Shown here in pieces: positions 59,972 to 64,000 of a stretch of DNA of 64,000 nt (within the stretch, counting starts at the first letter, position 1; each line of letters opens with the position of its first letter). The translations under genes were made by a program, and so were the position numbers. Origin of the DNA: Promethearchaeia archaeon (GTDB lineage: Archaea; Asgardarchaeota; Lokiarchaeia; Sigyniarchaeales; SOKP01); NCBI GenBank assembly GCA_029856155.1, contig JAHQWL010000103.1, positions 1-64,000 of the forward strand, given 5' to 3'. A model generated the notes under the pieces. The model did no database searches. It was not told the origin of the DNA and saw only the letters and a program-made list of their open reading frames with translations.

Positions 59972-62950
59972 ATGAATAATAAAAAAGTCCTTTTTGTGAG
60001 TATTATAGTTGTTTTGATGTTAAGCATTAGTATATTTCACTCCGATATTTCTAAGAGTTTCACTCTAGCAAGTGAAAATTTTGCATATGGCGAAATAGAG
60101 TATCCAGAATTAGCTTCTTCAAGCAATAATGAAATCATCAATTCTATTTTTGATGCAAGAGTATCTGACTATTCTGATTTGGGGTATTTCCCTCAGATCT
60201 ATGAACCTTCAATACAAGCAACCTATTATGCCCTCTTCATTTTTGATGCGATTGGAAAACTGAACCACATAAATCAATCTGAAATAATCAATTACATTAT
60301 GTCTCAATATGATGGAAGTTCAAACAGATTTATGGATACATTAGCATATCGATATTTAGATACTGACTTCTCCAAAACGTATTTTCCCTTAAATTCTATT
60401 TTAGAAGTTAATTGTTATGCTATTCTTTCTTTAAATATATTAAATCGCACAGACTTATTTAATACGCAAGGAATGATCGATTTCATTTGGGATTGTTATA
60501 ATCCAGAAACAAGTGGCTTTATTGGACAGCCTTACAGTGCAGAATTAGAGGAGGGATTTAGAGTTTCAACAGCAGATAATACATTTTTTGCGGTATTTAC
60601 ACTCAACTTATTGATGGATAATTGGGTGGGGTACTCCTCTAAAATACAAGATATAATTCAATATATAAATAATTTACAATATCCTGGAGGATTAGGTTGG
60701 ATGGGAGGGGGATTTCGAAATGATGATAATACTTTTGTTGATACTTTGAATCCCTTTTTTGAGCCCAATCTAATTTCTTCTTATTACTGCATAAAAGCAT
60801 TAGAGATATTTGGTATGGAAGAATCTATAAATATTGTTGATTTTCACCAATTTCTTGATTATCTGTATGATTCAAATTCTAACTATTTTCGAATATCTGA
60901 GTGGGATTACGGTGTGAATTATACTAACGTAGTTGCAACCGCTCTTGGATTAGAACTTTCAGATATCACTAGCTATGGAAATATCGATAGAGATGATGCA
61001 ATTGCGTTTATTATGGGGAATCGGAATTCTTTTGGAAATTGGGATGAGTCCACCATAGTTAAAATTCATGAATTAATTGATACCTTTCAAATTATCCGAT
61101 CTCTGAGAAATAGTAATGAAACCTCTCAGTTCTCATTGGAAGCAAAAAATCAAATAGGAAACTCAACCTTAAGTTACTCTTCTTATGAAGTGTATTCTCT
61201 GCTTTCAGATGATTACACTTCTATGAGTTATTTGCACACGATAATTTCTTCATTTTCATTATTTGATCGTATTTCAGATTTAGAGATTCAAGAGCTTTAT
61301 ACGCGTATTAAAAATTCTTATATTGATTTTGCTGATTTTGGGATAAGTCGATATTTTTATGGTTATCTCTTAGATGAAACTGAGATACTTTGGTTCCGAT
61401 CTCATCCAATTGAATATTATACTTCAGGCCATAAAAATTACCTTAAAGATATTTCTCAGCTGAATTCTCATAAATCCACATATTTCGCACTAGAGTCTTT
61501 GCAAAAGCTCTTTAAGTTGGATGATTTTGCTACAGAATTTGATCTTATGAGTTTAGTAAACGATATCGTTGATACTCAATTTTTAAATGATACGTATTAC
61601 GAAAATTATGGGGGTTTTTCACCGATTTTAAAGTATGATGTTGACCGATCAGAGTACCTCAATACGATGATTTATTGCGAATATACTTATTATGCTTTAA
61701 GATGTTTAGAGATCCTTTCTAATTATCTGACTCTTAATATTACCGATTTAGGATTCGATATTACAGCATTATATACATATCTTAATAGAAATACTATCGA
61801 GAATACTGAAACTCTTTACTTCAATCCAAGTTATACATCAGATGTTGAGACTATCTTACAAAATACCTATTACATGATCTATATTATGAAAATGTTGAAT
61901 TTATATGACAAAAATACTGAAAAAATCGAAAATTACGTAGAAAATAACCTCAACTACAATAATATTAAGAATATTTATTATAGCTATAAGATCTCAGAAA
62001 TATTAGGCTTGGATATTAGTTTTGATATTAGCTTAACTCAAGATTTAATACAAAGCATCTATTCTGAAGAAAGAGAAGAATTTTACTTAACACCTGATAA
62101 AATAAAAATAGAATTAGACACTTTTTTATGGATCTCTGAGATGGCGAGGAATAGTCAAATTGGAATTAATGCTCAATATTGTAGTCAAGTTCCATTAGGG
62201 GGAGTTAACCACATGGAAGTCTCGCTGTCTAATCTTATTGTGAGAGATTTTGGTTCATATATTTCCTTTAAATTTGAAAGTGACCAAATAGGGACTATTA
62301 ATTTTAATAAACTAGAAAATAATATTTATGTAGCAGATGTACCAATTCCAATGAATTCTGAAAATTATCCTATAGTTGCAGGAGTATTGTATGCCTATGA
62401 AGGAGCACGGGTAAAAGCCGAGTATAACGTCATTTTTAATACCATATATTCTTTAGCCTATAATCTTAATATATCAAAAACTGCGTCTAAAGTAAAATTT
62501 GAAGTAAATGGTTCAATATTAGCCAATGAAAATGAATACGCCTTAATTAATGGAAGTGTTTATACTGTGATCTACAAAGATGACATAATAATTGCCACAC
62601 AAAATTTCGGGCATATTAATCTCAATGAATCGAGTATATTTATTCTTGAATATATACCAATAGAAAATGGTTCTTACTATTTTGAGATTTACCTTGAAGA
62701 TGGATTTCAAGAATCGGAAGTCGAAATCGGAAACACATTATTCATCAAAAACGTCGATAACCCCCATGATCCCGATGACCCTGATGATCCCGACGATCCT
62801 ATTAATTCACACCAAAATTATGAAGAGAGCATTAAAACAGCAATCCCTCTCATGATTGCTTTTATAGGAGTACCTGGATGTGTTATCGCGATATCCTCTA
62901 AACAACTTGGTAAGGTTAAAAAACGACCAGAATACAACAATTCAAAGTAA
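59972..62950 (+). CDS. Large surface protein with prenyltransferase/squalene-cyclase-like alpha/alpha repeats and C-terminal TM anchor
   Basis: Signal peptide; repeated TYYAL..L, GGF, SGF motifs; DPHDPDDPDDPDDP linker; C-terminal TM plus basic tail. Confidence 0.8.
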   Translation: MNNKKVLFVSIIVVLMLSISIFHSDISKSFTLASENFAYGEIEYPELASSSNNEIINSIFDARVSDYSDLGYFPQIYEPSIQATYYALFIFDAIGKLNHINQSEIINYIMSQYDGSSNRFMDTLAYRYLDTDFSKTYFPLNSILEVNCYAILSLNILNRTDLFNTQGMIDFIWDCYNPETSGFIGQPYSAELEEGFRVSTADNTFFAVFTLNLLMDNWVGYSSKIQDIIQYINNLQYPGGLGWMGGGFRNDDNTFVDTLNPFFEPNLISSYYCIKALEIFGMEESINIVDFHQFLDYLYDSNSNYFRISEWDYGVNYTNVVATALGLELSDITSYGNIDRDDAIAFIMGNRNSFGNWDESTIVKIHELIDTFQIIRSLRNSNETSQFSLEAKNQIGNSTLSYSSYEVYSLLSDDYTSMSYLHTIISSFSLFDRISDLEIQELYTRIKNSYIDFADFGISRYFYGYLLDETEILWFRSHPIEYYTSGHKNYLKDISQLNSHKSTYFALESLQKLFKLDDFATEFDLMSLVNDIVDTQFLNDTYYENYGGFSPILKYDVDRSEYLNTMIYCEYTYYALRCLEILSNYLTLNITDLGFDITALYTYLNRNTIENTETLYFNPSYTSDVETILQNTYYMIYIMKMLNLYDKNTEKIENYVENNLNYNNIKNIYYSYKISEILGLDISFDISLTQDLIQSIYSEEREEFYLTPDKIKIELDTFLWISEMARNSQIGINAQYCSQVPLGGVNHMEVSLSNLIVRDFGSYISFKFESDQIGTINFNKLENNIYVADVPIPMNSENYPIVAGVLYAYEGARVKAEYNVIFNTIYSLAYNLNISKTASKVKFEVNGSILANENEYALINGSVYTVIYKDDIIIATQNFGHINLNESSIFILEYIPIENGSYYFEIYLEDGFQESEVEIGNTLFIKNVDNPHDPDDPDDPDDPINSHQNYEESIKTAIPLMIAFIGVPGCVIAISSKQLGKVKKRPEYNNSK
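62761..62800 (+). repeat. 9-bp-period coding repeat (Pro-Asp-Asp linker)
   Basis: ccccatgat cccgatgac cctgatgat cccgacgat cct. Confidence 0.7.
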
Positions 62951-63004
62951 GAATAACAAATTCTAAATTTTTTCTTTTTATTTTATCATTTTATTCTTCT
63001 GTTA

Positions 63005-63607
63005 ATGACTTCAGATATGGATTCCTACGACAATAAAATATCACATCGGAATACAATTCACTTAATCACCCAAATTTTGGATATTTTGGGAAAATATAGT
63101 GATAATTATGAGAAAAAGTTAAATTTTACTAGATTAATGCAACACCTAAAAATCCCAACTTCTGAGATTGACGAATTTGTTTCTTTAATATTACATTTTC
63201 AAGAAACATTCGAACATGTCTTTAAGGAATATCGAATAAAGAAAAAAAGACAAAATAGCCAAGTATTTCTAACCGTAGAAAACAAAATCAAAGATAAAAC
63301 ACCAAGAATAATTAAGATTTTGTCTTCTCATTTAAATCTTTTTAATGACATTGTCTATACATTCAAATTTGTAAAGAGGGGAAAAGGTTTTGATACTTCT
63401 AAGAACGATTCAGAATTATTGACAAATCTAAAAGAGTTAAAAATTAAACATCCTTATCTTTTTGATCCACATGAAAATGGAGTTATTTATCCATCAGAAT
63501 TAGGGCTCAAGTTTGGGGAACTCATCATTTCATATAACAAAAGTAATAGAAAAATTAAAAATATGCAAATCGAAAATTATACGTTTATTGTGGAGGATGA
63601 TGGGTGA
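63005..63607 (+). CDS. Hypothetical protein (possible winged helix), coupled to hef
   Basis: 200 aa; overlaps the hef start; motif-like TTTTTTCTTTTTATT at 62968-62982. Confidence 0.6.
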   Translation: MTSDMDSYDNKISHRNTIHLITQILDILGKYSDNYEKKLNFTRLMQHLKIPTSEIDEFVSLILHFQETFEHVFKEYRIKKKRQNSQVFLTVENKIKDKTPRIIKILSSHLNLFNDIVYTFKFVKRGKGFDTSKNDSELLTNLKELKIKHPYLFDPHENGVIYPSELGLKFGELIISYNKSNRKIKNMQIENYTFIVEDDG

Positions 63608-64000
63608 AATAAAAGAAGTAACAAATGAGACATCAAATCTTAATTCTAATGAACTTCAAATACGAGATTATCAAATAAATATCGCAGATAATTGTGTGAA
63701 AAAAAATTCGTTAGTAGTATTGCCAACTGGACTTGGAAAAACTATAATTGCAGTGTTAGTGGCAAATAAAATATTGAACATTTTTCCTCCTCATAGCAAA
63801 ATAATAGTGCTCGCTCCTACACGGCCTTTAATAAATCAACATTATGAGACATTTTTGCGATTCTTAAATATCCCGAAAGAAAAATTTGCAATTTTAACAG
63901 GGAAGATTCTTCCTGAAAAGAGAATAGCTAGTTTTAATGACCATGAGATTCTATTTTATACTCCTCAGACATTACGAAATGATTTAGTTCAAAAAAAATA
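63600..64000 (+). CDS. hef: Hef/FANCM (ERCC4-related) SF2 helicase, partial (runs off window)
   Basis: Read manually: GGAGG SD, MGEIKE...IRDYQINI...NSLVVLPTGLGKT...LAPTRPLINQH...TPQTLRNDL. Confidence 0.9.
   Translation, partial: MGEIKEVTNETSNLNSNELQIRDYQINIADNCVKKNSLVVLPTGLGKTIIAVLVANKILNIFPPHSKIIVLAPTRPLINQHYETFLRFLNIPKEKFAILTGKILPEKRIASFNDHEILFYTPQTLRNDLVQKK

Noticed and set aside
3756-62855. Short overlapping ORFs in the track (e.g. 3756-4031, 4763-5017, 12656-12865, 20692-20925, 27563-27931, 38230-38613, 43042-43242, 47177-47428, 54001-54276, 62667-62855)
   Set aside because: Antisense or alternate-frame shadows of well-supported genes, with no motifs.
42536-62982. T-tract motif explained purely as U-rich terminators
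   Set aside because: Plausible for a few copies (54953, 55385, 62968, 52896). However, six lie in divergent regions, and all are fused to a TATA-like box, mostly at promoter-like spacing.
39296-64000. Island as a provirus or integrated plasmid
   Set aside because: No integrase, capsid, packaging ATPase, replication initiator, tRNA target or att pair is visible, and ordinary host genes are interspersed.

Overview
AT-rich archaeal chromosomal DNA, most likely Asgard (Lokiarchaeia). This is inferred from a Loki-type profilin, several longin/roadblock proteins, an MglA-type GTPase, GGTGA Shine-Dalgarno motifs and TATA promoters. No rRNA, tRNA, CRISPR array, integrase or transposase is visible. 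1-33.8 kb is mostly metabolic and housekeeping genes, plus a GOLPH3/GPP34 pseudogene and a gene remnant. 33.8-39.1 kb is a rearranged accessory islet with short direct repeats, a Zn-PLC-like protein, an LRR protein and a structured intergenic element. The most notable part is ~39.3-64 kb. It holds an extra-looking DNA-processing set: RadA with an extra C-terminal HhH domain, a RadB-like ATPase, RPA, a divergent FEN1, a Hef/FANCM helicase and a topoisomerase-type Zn finger. It also holds an MglB-MglA-Regnase-like RNase operon, a pilin-like two-TM protein and other membrane/surface proteins, a divergent TFB paralogue, a possible cyclin-only TFB-like protein and two stand-alone TFB-type Zn ribbons. 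About 16 sites there share a non-canonical promoter-like 15-mer, T6-(C/G/A)-TTTWWAWW, i.e. a T-tract where the purine-rich BRE normally sits. The tfb paralogue itself and the interspersed cysE/cysK and profilin genes do not carry it. Working hypothesis (inference): a clustered, sigma-factor-like alternative-TFB regulon for DNA damage, DNA exchange or recombination in Asgard archaea, possibly including two small RNA/peptide units.
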